Source: a virus
Lineage: Duplodnaviria > Heunggongvirae > Uroviricota > Caudoviricetes
Length of the DNA stretch: 64,000 nucleotides
Direction: 5' to 3' (one strand)
IMG/VR virus record: IMGVR_UViG_3300037512_000782
Span: 252,732 to 316,731 of that record
Shown piece by piece: positions 52,517 through 61,371 of the stretch. Positions within the stretch are counted from its first letter, which is position 1; every line of letters begins with the position of its first letter. A program made the position numbers and the translations under genes. The notes beneath the pieces were generated by a model, which saw only the letters and a program-made list of their open reading frames with translations, searched no databases and was not told the DNA's origin.

Positions 52517-53041
52517 TTACCTGTCAACCGCTTGGATTTCGAAATCACCGAATCGTTCTTTCAGATTCTTTTTGGCTTCTTCGGCGGATTCCTTGCTGAC
52601 GTAGACGTATGCTTTGCTGATATCGTCACACAGATACTGGTACGGATGCGTTGACCACCACATGTCCTTGTCAACCTTCTTGAGGACATAGTGAGTACTA
52701 GTCGCCTTGTAGGCTTGTGTGGACACTTCCAAAGTATCCATCTTCTGGGTTACTGGGAATGCCAGTGGTTCGTTACCCAGCGTGTGGTGCTCCACAGTAC
52801 AACCATAGAGGGCCACTACATGCGTTCCGTTACGGAGCCAGTCTTGAGTGTCGCCGATCTTGGGATACTGCGGAAAGTTGTCTTCTGGTAGCTTGACGAT
52901 GTCGTCAGGAAGTTTCTGCGTCGGCGTGACCTTGATGTCGGTGCCAGCTTTCTGCGCATTCGGAATGAGTCCAAGCTGGATAAGCCTAGCGTACTCGTCC
53001 GGAGTACACGTAACAAGTTGTCCGTTAAGCATTATTTCCAT
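52517..53041 (-). CDS. hypothetical protein
   Basis: SD AGGAG. Confidence 0.7.
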   Translation of the reverse strand: MEIMLNGQLVTCTPDEYARLIQLGLIPNAQKAGTDIKVTPTQKLPDDIVKLPEDNFPQYPKIGDTQDWLRNGTHVVALYGCTVEHHTLGNEPLAFPVTQKMDTLEVSTQAYKATSTHYVLKKVDKDMWWSTHPYQYLCDDISKAYVYVSKESAEEAKKNLKERFGDFEIQAVDR

Positions 53042-54131
53042 GGTTATCGTCTCCTACCAATTTATTCAGCACTTCCATTTCGTAGTTGATGTGTCCGGAA
53101 ATGTCCTTGATGCAGTTTCTGATTGCGAATTTAAGCGAATCGAGTTCCGCCTTGGTTCTCTTCAGCTCTTCGCGGAGGATGTCGCGTTCGCCCTTGATTC
53201 CAGCGACCTCGGAGCAATATGCGAGGATTCCACCCAAGTTATTTGCTTTTGCATCGTCATCATCGCACCACTTGTCTTGCGGGACGAGGGTACGGCGATT
53301 GTTTTCGACAGCATAGATGTTGATGTTGAAGAACCAGTGCGTCTTTCCGGTCTCAATCACATAGGCTGGGCCGTCGCCGTTGAGCAGATGCATGGCGAAA
53401 TTACGAGCTTGGTCGAACGTGGTGAACTTGTCCGTTACAAACATGGGAGTAGCTTCGTCATGGAAATTCGAAGGCTTCGGTACGCGAGAATGCTCGACCA
53501 AGAAAGTCATGCTTGAGTTCTTGTATTCGTTCGGCACGACGAACTTCTCTGGCGTTTCGAGCCACGATTCTTTGGGAAGGAACATCGTGTCGTGACATTC
53601 CGGACAACATGTCTGGATGCGGACATCAGTCTTCCAGCAGCCGCAAGTTACCAGCTGCATGGCGTAGCGGCGGTTCTCCTTGACGATACGGTTGGCTTCC
53701 TTCTTCGCTTCGTCGAGCGTCTTGAATTCCATCGACACGTCTCGGATCCATCCGTCAGCGTGAAGCTTGTACCAAACCTTGTACCACTGGCTGGGCTGAT
53801 TTTTTGTATCGAGTTCCTTGATGGTCTCGTCAATGCTCTTGCTCAGTTCGCACCATTCGTCCCAAGGGACTTCCTTCTCGTACTCGCCGACTTCGACGAT
53901 ACGGATGTTCGATGCGATCGTATTCGAGTCGCCAAAATACTTTGCTCGGAAATCCGCACGTCCCAAGTCGTTAGCGAACTTGACGGCGGCGTTGCGAGAA
54001 GTGAATGACTCAGTGTCTTCCAATTCCGCACCACAAGACCATCCCTTTTGCTTGAGAAAGCATACGCGCCACCGCATAGAAGTTGTTTGCATGCCTACTC
54101 GCTGATTATCTCTTTCAGTCTGGTTTGCCAT
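53025..54131 (-). CDS. hypothetical protein with three tandem ~85-aa repeats and C-terminal coiled coil
   Basis: FTSRNAAVKFA / FKTLDEAKKEA / FTTFDQARNFA; VPWDEW / LPKESW / VPQDKW. Confidence 0.75.
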   Translation of the reverse strand: MANQTERDNQRVGMQTTSMRWRVCFLKQKGWSCGAELEDTESFTSRNAAVKFANDLGRADFRAKYFGDSNTIASNIRIVEVGEYEKEVPWDEWCELSKSIDETIKELDTKNQPSQWYKVWYKLHADGWIRDVSMEFKTLDEAKKEANRIVKENRRYAMQLVTCGCWKTDVRIQTCCPECHDTMFLPKESWLETPEKFVVPNEYKNSSMTFLVEHSRVPKPSNFHDEATPMFVTDKFTTFDQARNFAMHLLNGDGPAYVIETGKTHWFFNINIYAVENNRRTLVPQDKWCDDDDAKANNLGGILAYCSEVAGIKGERDILREELKRTKAELDSLKFAIRNCIKDISGHINYEMEVLNKLVGDDNHGNNA

Positions 54132-54421
54132 ATAGTTGAGTCCTTTTGCCAAATAAGTTTCTTGTACTTGCACACTTCAGGAGACAAGTTTTCGCACTTG
54201 TACACTTGTGCTCGTGTCTCGAAAAATGCGCTGGCGGCATCCATCACGCGGGTATCCCAGCTAGAATATAGAGACACTTCCGCAATCACCATGACGGCGA
54301 ACAATATCGACATCCCAGTGCCCAAGTCGGTGTCGCCGACCTCGTATGCTGCAAATGCCGCAGCCATGCCGATAAATGCCCCTATGCCGCAAACAATTAC
54401 CAAGAAATAAGATAAAAACAT
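54095..54421 (-). CDS. 2-TM protein, paralog of 57987-58361
   Basis: Start moved to 54421 (TAATG coupling). Confidence 0.7.
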   Translation of the reverse strand: MFLSYFLVIVCGIGAFIGMAAAFAAYEVGDTDLGTGMSILFAVMVIAEVSLYSSWDTRVMDAASAFFETRAQVYKCENLSPEVCKYKKLIWQKDSTIWQTRLKEIISE

Positions 54422-55032
54422 TACTTGTGCTCCACTGGAGGTTTGAAGTGATAGTCTCGGACACACTTGTAGCCGGGTTCGTCTACGATCTGCAGCAAGT
54501 CCAAGTTAGCAAACTTGAACCCCTTCGAACGAATCACGTCGAACGGAGTTATGTCCATGTTGCCCGTCATGAAGTGGTAAAGGTAACGGATCAGCATGCC
54601 ATGCGAAACGACTACGCAGCGGTGCATGCCGAAGTCAATTTGCAGCTGCCTACCGAATCCGTGCAAGATTTCCATCGCACGGTTGATCATGTCGGTATTG
54701 GTAACATTAACGCAAGAGTTGAACTCCGCTTCGTCGATTTCCCAGAACTTTCGGCTACCCAGTCCGGCGCAGTCGAATTCACGGAACAAGTCGTTTTCGA
54801 TGATCTCCACGTTCTCCACGTCGCCGAATAGCATCTGTGCGGTCTGCCGACACCGCTTTGCTGGAGAACAGAAGATAGGCATGCCGGGATACCTTGGCAC
54901 GAACTTGCCGATACGTTCTTCCCATTCAGCTGGCTTCTCCATGGAGACGATATCGGCATTGTCGTAGCCGTTCACCATGGATCCGGTGAAGTTAGCCGCC
55001 GTGGGCGCATGCCTAATGAAGTAGAATATCAT
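54421..55032 (-). CDS. histidine phosphatase (phosphoglycerate mutase superfamily)
   Basis: FIRHAPTAAN, SPAKRCRQTA, VVVSHGMLIR. Confidence 0.88.
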   Translation of the reverse strand: MIFYFIRHAPTAANFTGSMVNGYDNADIVSMEKPAEWEERIGKFVPRYPGMPIFCSPAKRCRQTAQMLFGDVENVEIIENDLFREFDCAGLGSRKFWEIDEAEFNSCVNVTNTDMINRAMEILHGFGRQLQIDFGMHRCVVVSHGMLIRYLYHFMTGNMDITPFDVIRSKGFKFANLDLLQIVDEPGYKCVRDYHFKPPVEHK

Positions 55033-55541
55033 GCTCCCCAGCCTTCCAGCAGCTTGCCCACGTTCGTCAATGCCTTCTGCTTGATCTCTTCGACCTTGGC
55101 GGAGTCGACGATAGCGCTGATTTCGCTGAAGTCGATGCGGTAGTTTTCTTCGTTCGAGTTGGTAATCTTGACGTTGCCAGTATTGTCCGCGTTGATGTCG
55201 GCCAGACGAGCGTCGTACGTAGTGCAGCTGTAATCGATTTCAAGACGCTTTCCGCACACATACATGAAGTCGTAGCTTACGGACAATACGTCTTCCACCA
55301 GAACGATCGTCGTCTTGTGGAAGTTGTCGAACGAGCTGATACGAGTGTAGTTCTTGCCGTACATGAAGATGTACTTGCCCTTGTACTTGGTGACAAAGTC
55401 GTCGCGCTTGCTTACGGCATGTTCTTGCTTGACCGTCTGCAGACGGCTGTCGGCACACTGGCGGAGTTCGCGCAGTTCGTTTTCGTTGTCACACGCTTCG
55501 ATGGCTTCCTTGACTGCAGCCCAGTTATCTGTATTGGCCAT
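55029..55541 (-). CDS. hypothetical protein
   Basis: SD GAGGT after sigma70 promoter. Confidence 0.75.
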   Translation of the reverse strand: MANTDNWAAVKEAIEACDNENELRELRQCADSRLQTVKQEHAVSKRDDFVTKYKGKYIFMYGKNYTRISSFDNFHKTTIVLVEDVLSVSYDFMYVCGKRLEIDYSCTTYDARLADINADNTGNVKITNSNEENYRIDFSEISAIVDSAKVEEIKQKALTNVGKLLEGWGA

Positions 55542-55567
55542 ATCAAACCTCATTCAAATCAGAGTAG

Positions 55568-55596
55568 AATATAGCAAATTCCTATTCATTTTTCAA
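55568..55596 (-). promoter_or_regulatory. sigma70-type promoter
   Basis: TTGAAA-N17-TATATT on the - strand. Confidence 0.6.
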
Positions 55597-55854
55597 CAGC
55601 TTTCCGCGTTCATACAGTTCTGCAGTACGCATCGCCTCGGCTTCAGTATAGAAGTAGGTGTAGCCGTCGAACGGTTCCTTCAAGCAGAACTGGTTGTCGA
55701 TATGTCTGGCCTCATCGAAGAACGGATTGAACACGTATCGCAAGTGCTCGATGGCGGTAATGCTGCGCCAGAAGAACAAGAACTTGCGGTACTGGGGAAT
55801 GAACCAGACTTCGCCGTTAGGCTGTTTCACTTTCTTTATGCGCCATACCATCAT
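55582..55854 (-). CDS. hypothetical protein
   Basis: ATGA coupling; WFIPQYRKFLFFW. Confidence 0.7.
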   Translation of the reverse strand: MMVWRIKKVKQPNGEVWFIPQYRKFLFFWRSITAIEHLRYVFNPFFDEARHIDNQFCLKEPFDGYTYFYTEAEAMRTAELYERGKLLKNE

Positions 55855-56618
55855 TGCAGCATCGCCCTATACGAATAATAACGTTGCATGACCGTCTCGA
55901 CGTAGGCCACGGTTTCCTTGTGTACATTGTCCTTTTCGAGGTCGCCTTCGATCCACTTCTGGTACTTCATCGCACCGCCGGGGCCACCGTTGTAAGCGGC
56001 AGCTACAAGTACGTTGTTCTGAAACTGCTTGTACAGCTTCGAGAGGTACTGGACGGAAAGCTTTATGTTGTACCGAGGGTCGGTAAGCAAGGTGAGGTCG
56101 AACTTCATTCCGGCATGTCTGGCCATCGCCTCGGCAGTCTTCGGCATCAGCTGTCCAAGTCCGATGGCTCCAGCAGGGGACACCACGTCCTTGTTGAACT
56201 TTGACTCGGACTCTACCATCGCGAGAAGGAAGGCGTACTCGACTGACGAGTTGAACTCGGACTCCTCGTAGAGTATGCTTGCCAGTCTGGCGGCGTACTT
56301 TAGATCGATGTCCCGTCTTGCGTGACGGATGATGTTTGCGCCGATGGCGATCTGCTTGGATCGAGAACGGTTGGTCTCTGTGATTTCGTGGAGAGCAGAC
56401 ACATGGTTGTCCAGACTGTCCAGACGAGACACCATCGAGTCAGTGTAGACCTGGTTCTGCGCCAAGCGGTTCTCGATGGCGTCGAACTTCGTTGACGCTT
56501 CTCCGGCGAAGAAGCACACGAGGCATACGAGTGCCACGAGGATGATGGATTCTAGTGTGATGAAGATGCGCTTGTTGCGGCGTCTCTTGTGGTGTTTGCT
56601 TGTTGGCTTGTTTTTCAT
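55851..56618 (-). CDS. lytic transglycosylase (SLT domain) with N-terminal membrane anchor
   Basis: AMVESESKF, SPAGAIGLGQLMP, AAAYNGGPG, ETVAYV; KHHKRRRNKR + TM. Confidence 0.9.
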   Translation of the reverse strand: MKNKPTSKHHKRRRNKRIFITLESIILVALVCLVCFFAGEASTKFDAIENRLAQNQVYTDSMVSRLDSLDNHVSALHEITETNRSRSKQIAIGANIIRHARRDIDLKYAARLASILYEESEFNSSVEYAFLLAMVESESKFNKDVVSPAGAIGLGQLMPKTAEAMARHAGMKFDLTLLTDPRYNIKLSVQYLSKLYKQFQNNVLVAAAYNGGPGGAMKYQKWIEGDLEKDNVHKETVAYVETVMQRYYSYRAMLQ

Positions 56619-56647
56619 GTTAGATTATTGTGTCCTGGAATATCGTG

Positions 56648-57085
56648 TTACCGATACGGTCGTTGCAGTAACGGTGAGTCTTTGAATATCAAGCGACCGA
56701 TACGGTCGTTGCATTCCTTTCTGACGGCTTCGAAGTCGTCATACATCTTGTCGTCTGGCTCTAGGGTGAATTCGTCGGTCAGTCGGACTTTAACCTTGGC
56801 GTACCAGTCCGGCGCATTAAACAAGTGGACGAGGTGCTTCCTACGAAGTATGCCCATTCGGTTTGCGAAGCTACGTAGGTACTGAAGATTCTTGTAAAGG
56901 TCGAGGTCGCCTCGACCCCAACGTTCGCCGTAATCTTCGGCGTCTTTTTGGGCAAGCCTACGGCGTTCCGCCAGAGTGTCCTCGCTGATGATGCCGCTGT
57001 TCTGCATGGCCTGGGCATGCCATTCAGCGACTTGCAGCAGCTCGTGCTCGGTCATCTGGTCAAAGGATTTCTGGGTTTCTGCCAT
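56648..57085 (-). CDS. hypothetical protein
   Basis: SD GAGGA. Confidence 0.7.
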   Translation of the reverse strand: MAETQKSFDQMTEHELLQVAEWHAQAMQNSGIISEDTLAERRRLAQKDAEDYGERWGRGDLDLYKNLQYLRSFANRMGILRRKHLVHLFNAPDWYAKVKVRLTDEFTLEPDDKMYDDFEAVRKECNDRIGRLIFKDSPLLQRPYR

Positions 57086-57086
57086 A

Positions 57087-57365
57087 CTATTCCTCTACGC
57101 AGCTGATGCCTACCGGATACGGATAGCTGTCCATGTTGTGCGACTTACTGGACGAGTTAAACGGATTTTGGTAGTCCGTGCGGTTATCGATCTTGCATTT
57201 CAGCTTTTTCTGCTTCACTTGCTGTTCGATGCAGAAAGCTCGGTAGACGCCGTTCTTTTTCGCTTGTTCGGCGACCGTTTCGCACTGCTGAATCGTTTTA
57301 AATGTCAGATTGGTGTCGATACCGCCATGATACATTATCATGATAAGAACGAATACAATGCTCAT
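57087..57365 (-). CDS. small exported/membrane protein
   Basis: Hydrophobic N-terminus; Cys pair. Confidence 0.65.
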   Translation of the reverse strand: MSIVFVLIMIMYHGGIDTNLTFKTIQQCETVAEQAKKNGVYRAFCIEQQVKQKKLKCKIDNRTDYQNPFNSSSKSHNMDSYPYPVGISCVEE

Positions 57366-57366
57366 A

Positions 57367-57990
57367 TTATACCTTCCTTACTTGTTCAAGTTCTTTTCGC
57401 CATTCGATAACCTTCTGCTCGGACGCCTCGTCCATGCGAAGGCCGAAGATGGACATCAGCGTGTTCGCCGTATCGACGGCTGCAAGCGTCTTCTGCAGCT
57501 CGGCTTGGCGAGCTTGTGCATCCTTGATCCGTTTCTCGATCGCCGCCACATGCTTCTTGAAGATGCTGTACTTGAGGTCGATTAGTTCGAGAAGGTGGTC
57601 GTAGGAATACACTGTCAGCTTCTTGGGAACCGTACGGACGTATTCGCAAGTCATGTAGGATCCGCAGCCGACGGACAGTCTGAACCGCAAGTAGCCTTCG
57701 CAATAGAACGCCTCGACGGCAAAATCATCCACGGTCTCAAAATATCCCATCGAAGGGTTCGGCTCGTCGGTGAACGACTTGTCGTCCAAGATCATGAGAT
57801 AGAATATATCCATGAGCTTCCGTTCTTCTTCGGAATAGTCCGTATCGAGATGGTGGTGCTTCTTGCTGCGCTTCGCTTTGACTGCCGCATCTACCAGTTG
57901 CTTGTATCGGTTCTGGCTAGGCTGGTCGCATACGGCCCACTGCTGAATGATCTCGAACTTTTCGATGGTGCGCTTGTCTAGGTAATTCAT
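57367..57990 (-). CDS. hypothetical protein with coiled coil
   Basis: ATGA coupling. Confidence 0.75.
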   Translation of the reverse strand: MNYLDKRTIEKFEIIQQWAVCDQPSQNRYKQLVDAAVKAKRSKKHHHLDTDYSEEERKLMDIFYLMILDDKSFTDEPNPSMGYFETVDDFAVEAFYCEGYLRFRLSVGCGSYMTCEYVRTVPKKLTVYSYDHLLELIDLKYSIFKKHVAAIEKRIKDAQARQAELQKTLAAVDTANTLMSIFGLRMDEASEQKVIEWRKELEQVRKV

Positions 57991-58361
57991 TTGTGACCTT
58001 CGTATTTGAGTAATTCGTGCTTGAGGGAATCCGTGTGGAACTTCTTGTAAGCGTCGTTCGGCACGATGTACCTGACGGAATCCCTATACCAGTCGAGTCG
58101 CTTGCTCATGCACTTGTCGGACGAGTCGTAGCAGTCCGGCTTGTGTTCCATGACGTATTTCGCCGCGACATCCATGTCGTACAGCGAGTACAAGTCGTGA
58201 ATGAAGAAGCCAAGCGGAATGCACATAATGAGTGACAGAAACAGCACTACCTCGCCGCCGAACGGAACTCGTCTGGACATCCACACGCAGTAGAGGATGC
58301 CCAGAACGAACACGATAATGCCAGCGACAAGGCGTACCTTGAAAGCAAATACAATGTCCAT
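57987..58361 (-). CDS. 2-TM protein, paralog of 54095-54421
   Basis: Start moved to 58361 (TAATG coupling). Confidence 0.7.
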   Translation of the reverse strand: MDIVFAFKVRLVAGIIVFVLGILYCVWMSRRVPFGGEVVLFLSLIMCIPLGFFIHDLYSLYDMDVAAKYVMEHKPDCYDSSDKCMSKRLDWYRDSVRYIVPNDAYKKFHTDSLKHELLKYEGHK

Positions 58362-58618
58362 TATTGCGGCTTCTTGAGGTGATAAAGTTTGAAGGCGGCC
58401 TCGATGATGCAAGGAATGTCCATTTCCTTGACGAAGTACGTGTGGTTGAAGTCCCAGATGTCGTCGATGTCGCCGAGTGCGAGGTTGTTATCCTTGACGA
58501 TCTTGTCGATGAAGGACTTGTCCGTGGACTGGGCGATGACGGTTTCGTTCCAGTGGTCTGGGTCGCCCTTCCCAGAGAACTGCATTTCGCGATGCATGAG
58601 GATGTATAACTTATTCAT
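58361..58618 (-). CDS. hypothetical protein
   Basis: Follows sigma70 promoter. Confidence 0.7.
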   Translation of the reverse strand: MNKLYILMHREMQFSGKGDPDHWNETVIAQSTDKSFIDKIVKDNNLALGDIDDIWDFNHTYFVKEMDIPCIIEAAFKLYHLKKPQ

Positions 58619-58625
58619 GCCCTAA

Positions 58626-58654
58626 AATATATCAAAAAACACCAGTCTTGTCAA
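58626..58654 (-). promoter_or_regulatory. sigma70-type promoter
   Basis: TTGACA-N17-TATATT on the - strand, just before ATG 58618. Confidence 0.8.
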
Positions 58655-58684
58655 CTGGTATTTAACTAAAAATGTAATTTTTAT

Positions 58685-59284
58685 TTAAAAATCTAATTTA
58701 CGGTCGTTCCATGGTGGACATTCATACTGCGGATAGAGCGACTTCGAGTAGATGTAGATGGGGCCTCCAGACAGAACACAGTCTGGCGTAGGGCCGTTGT
58801 ATTTCTCCTCGGTGAACCCGTTGAACTTGTAGAACTCGCGAGCCGGAATGTTGTTCTCGTTCGTGTAGAGGCGAGCGTACTTGAAGCCGCGCTCTCGGCA
58901 CTCTTCGCAGAAGCTGTTGAGCATCCTCGTAGCGACGCGCTCTCGTCTGTATGACGGCATGACTCCGATCCATCCAAGCCAAGCGCTTTCCGGATCGATG
59001 GCTTCCGTATAAATTCCGGACATGCCGATAAATTCGCCTTCTGGGTTGTCGAACGTAGAGAGCTTCCACAGATAGTAATTCCATAGGTCGTTGGGGTCGT
59101 GGTCGTCGGAGCAAGACTCGCTGAAGCAGCTCTTCAGTACGCCGTCTTCCTCGTCGTACATGTGTTCTTCGGGGAAGATGATGGCGAACATTTCGTGCGC
59201 CTTATCGACAAGATCTTTCGTAACAAGGTGTTTGGTGAGCATATAGTCAGCCTCGCATTTGTGTGTAAGATCGTGAGAGGTCAT
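58685..59284 (-). CDS. GNAT acetyltransferase
   Basis: LGWIGVMPSYRRERVATRML; NIPAREFYKFNGF. Confidence 0.85.
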   Translation of the reverse strand: MTSHDLTHKCEADYMLTKHLVTKDLVDKAHEMFAIIFPEEHMYDEEDGVLKSCFSESCSDDHDPNDLWNYYLWKLSTFDNPEGEFIGMSGIYTEAIDPESAWLGWIGVMPSYRRERVATRMLNSFCEECRERGFKYARLYTNENNIPAREFYKFNGFTEEKYNGPTPDCVLSGGPIYIYSKSLYPQYECPPWNDRKLDF

Positions 59285-59622
59285 GAGTGGTGTACCGTGT
59301 AGTAGTGCTTTCCGTCCACGGTGAAGTGGTTCCATCCTACGCAATAGTTCTCGGCGTTCTGCATCAGCTGGCAGGTTGGATCGTCGTAGTCGTACGTGTT
59401 ATACGTCTTGTAATACTTGCCGTCTTCGGCTGGCTCGTCCCAAGAGTCGATCTCGTACTTCTCCTTCTCCTCGGTGACTTCCTTGTGGAGCTGTTGCGAA
59501 CAACAGAATCCGTAATCCCAGTCGTCGAGGTTAGCGCCGTGCTCCCACAGCTCTTTTCTGGACAGCCCGGTGAGCTGTTCCAAGTCCTCGACGGTGTTAA
59601 AGAAAGTAAGGTCTCGTATCAT
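59281..59622 (-). CDS. hypothetical protein
   Basis: SD GGAG; coupled. Confidence 0.7.
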   Translation of the reverse strand: MIRDLTFFNTVEDLEQLTGLSRKELWEHGANLDDWDYGFCCSQQLHKEVTEEKEKYEIDSWDEPAEDGKYYKTYNTYDYDDPTCQLMQNAENYCVGWNHFTVDGKHYYTVHHS

Positions 59623-60004
59623 GGCGTCTCCAGATGTAGGAGTTCTCTCCGTTAGGCTCGAAACCTTGCTTCTCGTAGAATATCTTGCTTTCCGGCAAGC
59701 TGTTCAAGGTTATGAATTTATAACCCTTCTTGAGTTCGTTCATGGCGTTGGTGCCGAAGTCGAGAAGGTGGCAGTCCGAAGTGACCTCGAACGAGAACAC
59801 CCTGATAGAATTCTCCGCGTCCTCTTGGTAGATGGCGACGGACATGAGCTTTCCGTAGCGCACTTGGAGCATCACGAGCACGTCGCTGCCGTCAAGGTTC
59901 TCGTAGTCGTTCTTGTCGCACATGGCATGCGTCAACGGAAAGTTGACGAGGGAAAGCTTGTCTGTAAAAGCCTTGCGGTAAATCGTAACTAGGAACTGTG
60001 TCAC
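59597..60004 (-). CDS. GNAT-like protein
   Basis: GTNAM..ITLNSLPESKIFYEKQGF. Confidence 0.55.
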   Translation of the reverse strand: MTQFLVTIYRKAFTDKLSLVNFPLTHAMCDKNDYENLDGSDVLVMLQVRYGKLMSVAIYQEDAENSIRVFSFEVTSDCHLLDFGTNAMNELKKGYKFITLNSLPESKIFYEKQGFEPNGENSYIWRRHDTRPYFL

Positions 60005-60438
60005 GAGTTCTCCTTGATCAGCTTCTGTTTCAGCTGCTCCATTTCGTTGTCCATCCGTTCGAGCATGGCCTTCAGGTGGCCGACCTGTTCCTTGCAGAAT
60101 GACAGCTCGTTCTGGTAATGTTCCTTCTTCTTTGGGTCTGTAGCCTTTTCGACCTTCTTCTCAAGCCGCTTGATTTGCTTCTCGTATGCGGGGATACAGT
60201 CGTCGAAGTCGTGGTGCCAGTGGGTTCCCTTGCACCAGAACTCGGATACGTTCTTGCCCTCGGAATGGAAGGCGATGCCGGGAGACTGCCATAGGTAGGG
60301 GAACAAGTCCTCGACTGAACGGATAGGGACTTCCTTTCCGTCTTCGATAACCTTGTCCTTCTCGGTATCGAACTCGTCTAGTAAGGTGCCCATGCTGCAC
60401 CTACCGAGGTCTCTGTACGATTTAAGCGTGAACTTCAT
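60001..60438 (-). CDS. hypothetical protein with coiled coil
   Basis: SD GAGG. Confidence 0.7.
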   Translation of the reverse strand: MKFTLKSYRDLGRCSMGTLLDEFDTEKDKVIEDGKEVPIRSVEDLFPYLWQSPGIAFHSEGKNVSEFWCKGTHWHHDFDDCIPAYEKQIKRLEKKVEKATDPKKKEHYQNELSFCKEQVGHLKAMLERMDNEMEQLKQKLIKENS

Positions 60439-60445
60439 TTCCGCC

Positions 60446-60622
60446 TCATAGGTTGTCCAACTTGTCGCAGAGCCAGTCGCATAGGATAGCGCCTAGCAAG
60501 ACGCACCCAGGTATGCCGATCAAGTATTCCGGATCGGAGTAGGTGAACAGTGCATAAGCGCTGAACCCAAAGAAGCCGATTAAAAGGGCGGCCAAAACAA
60601 AAAATGCAACTCGATTGGACAT
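60446..60622 (-). CDS. 58-aa 2-TM protein (not in track)
   Basis: MSNRVAFFVLAALLIGFFG...DKLDNL*; SD AAGGA. Confidence 0.6.
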   Translation of the reverse strand: MSNRVAFFVLAALLIGFFGFSAYALFTYSDPEYLIGIPGCVLLGAILCDWLCDKLDNL

Positions 60623-60667
60623 AGTTGTTCCTTCTGAGTTGCAAATTAGTTTATTTCTCGATTTGTG

Positions 60668-61000
60668 TCAAGCTTGCAGATGCTGGTTGATCAGCGAGAC
60701 ATATTCAGGCATGTCGTGCGACATTCCGACCAGTCGGTCAATTTCCTTGCCATCACGGAACAAGAGCATCGCCGGAACCGTCATGACATCGTAATTGGTG
60801 CAGAGGTCGCCGCCGTAAGCGGAATCCACATCGATGCTCATGAAGTTGACTCGGCCAGAGTACTTTTCCGACACGTCTTCCCACAGGGGCATCATGAGAC
60901 AGCTCTTGCGAGACCACTTGGCACCGATGACTACGACGACCAACCGATCGGTGTCAAGCGACTTCTCGAAGGCAGTTCTGTCTAGCGGTGTCGTAAGCAT
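60668..61000 (-). CDS. thioredoxin-fold protein with SxxS in place of CxxC
   Basis: GAKWSRKSCLMMP aligns to WCGPCKMIAP; SIDVD; cis-Pro TVP; GKEIDRLVG. Confidence 0.8.
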   Translation of the reverse strand: MLTTPLDRTAFEKSLDTDRLVVVVIGAKWSRKSCLMMPLWEDVSEKYSGRVNFMSIDVDSAYGGDLCTNYDVMTVPAMLLFRDGKEIDRLVGMSHDMPEYVSLINQHLQA

Positions 61001-61002
61001 GC

Positions 61003-61362
61003 CTACTCCTTGAAAAGCGAGAGGAAGTCGATGACTTCACGCGCTTCGGCGGTCTCTTTCAAGAAGACCGTTTCCAGCTCGAACTCGTGGTAGTCCTTCG
61101 CCAGATACTTCGTGAACACGAAGCCGTGTTCGAGGAGGAATATGGCGTCCTCCTTGGAGTACCAGTGGAGAAGGTCTTCCACGTTCGAGCAAGAGGAGAA
61201 CCAGTTCTTGCCGTCGATGTGGTAACGCGGGTCGTACCCCATCGGCAAGTCCTTCGCCTCGCCCTTACAGTCCTTGCAGCCCCAGACATACTCGTTCTTC
61301 GAGTTGTACCAGAGGCCGTTGTTCTCGTCAACCGCTTCAAGTCGGTAAAGCCACTTGGACAT
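61003..61362 (-). CDS. hypothetical phage protein
   Basis: LYRLE..NGLWY..LPM..WFSSC; SD AAGGGAG. Confidence 0.75.
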   Translation of the reverse strand: MSKWLYRLEAVDENNGLWYNSKNEYVWGCKDCKGEAKDLPMGYDPRYHIDGKNWFSSCSNVEDLLHWYSKEDAIFLLEHGFVFTKYLAKDYHEFELETVFLKETAEAREVIDFLSLFKE

Positions 61363-61371
61363 AGTCTCTCC

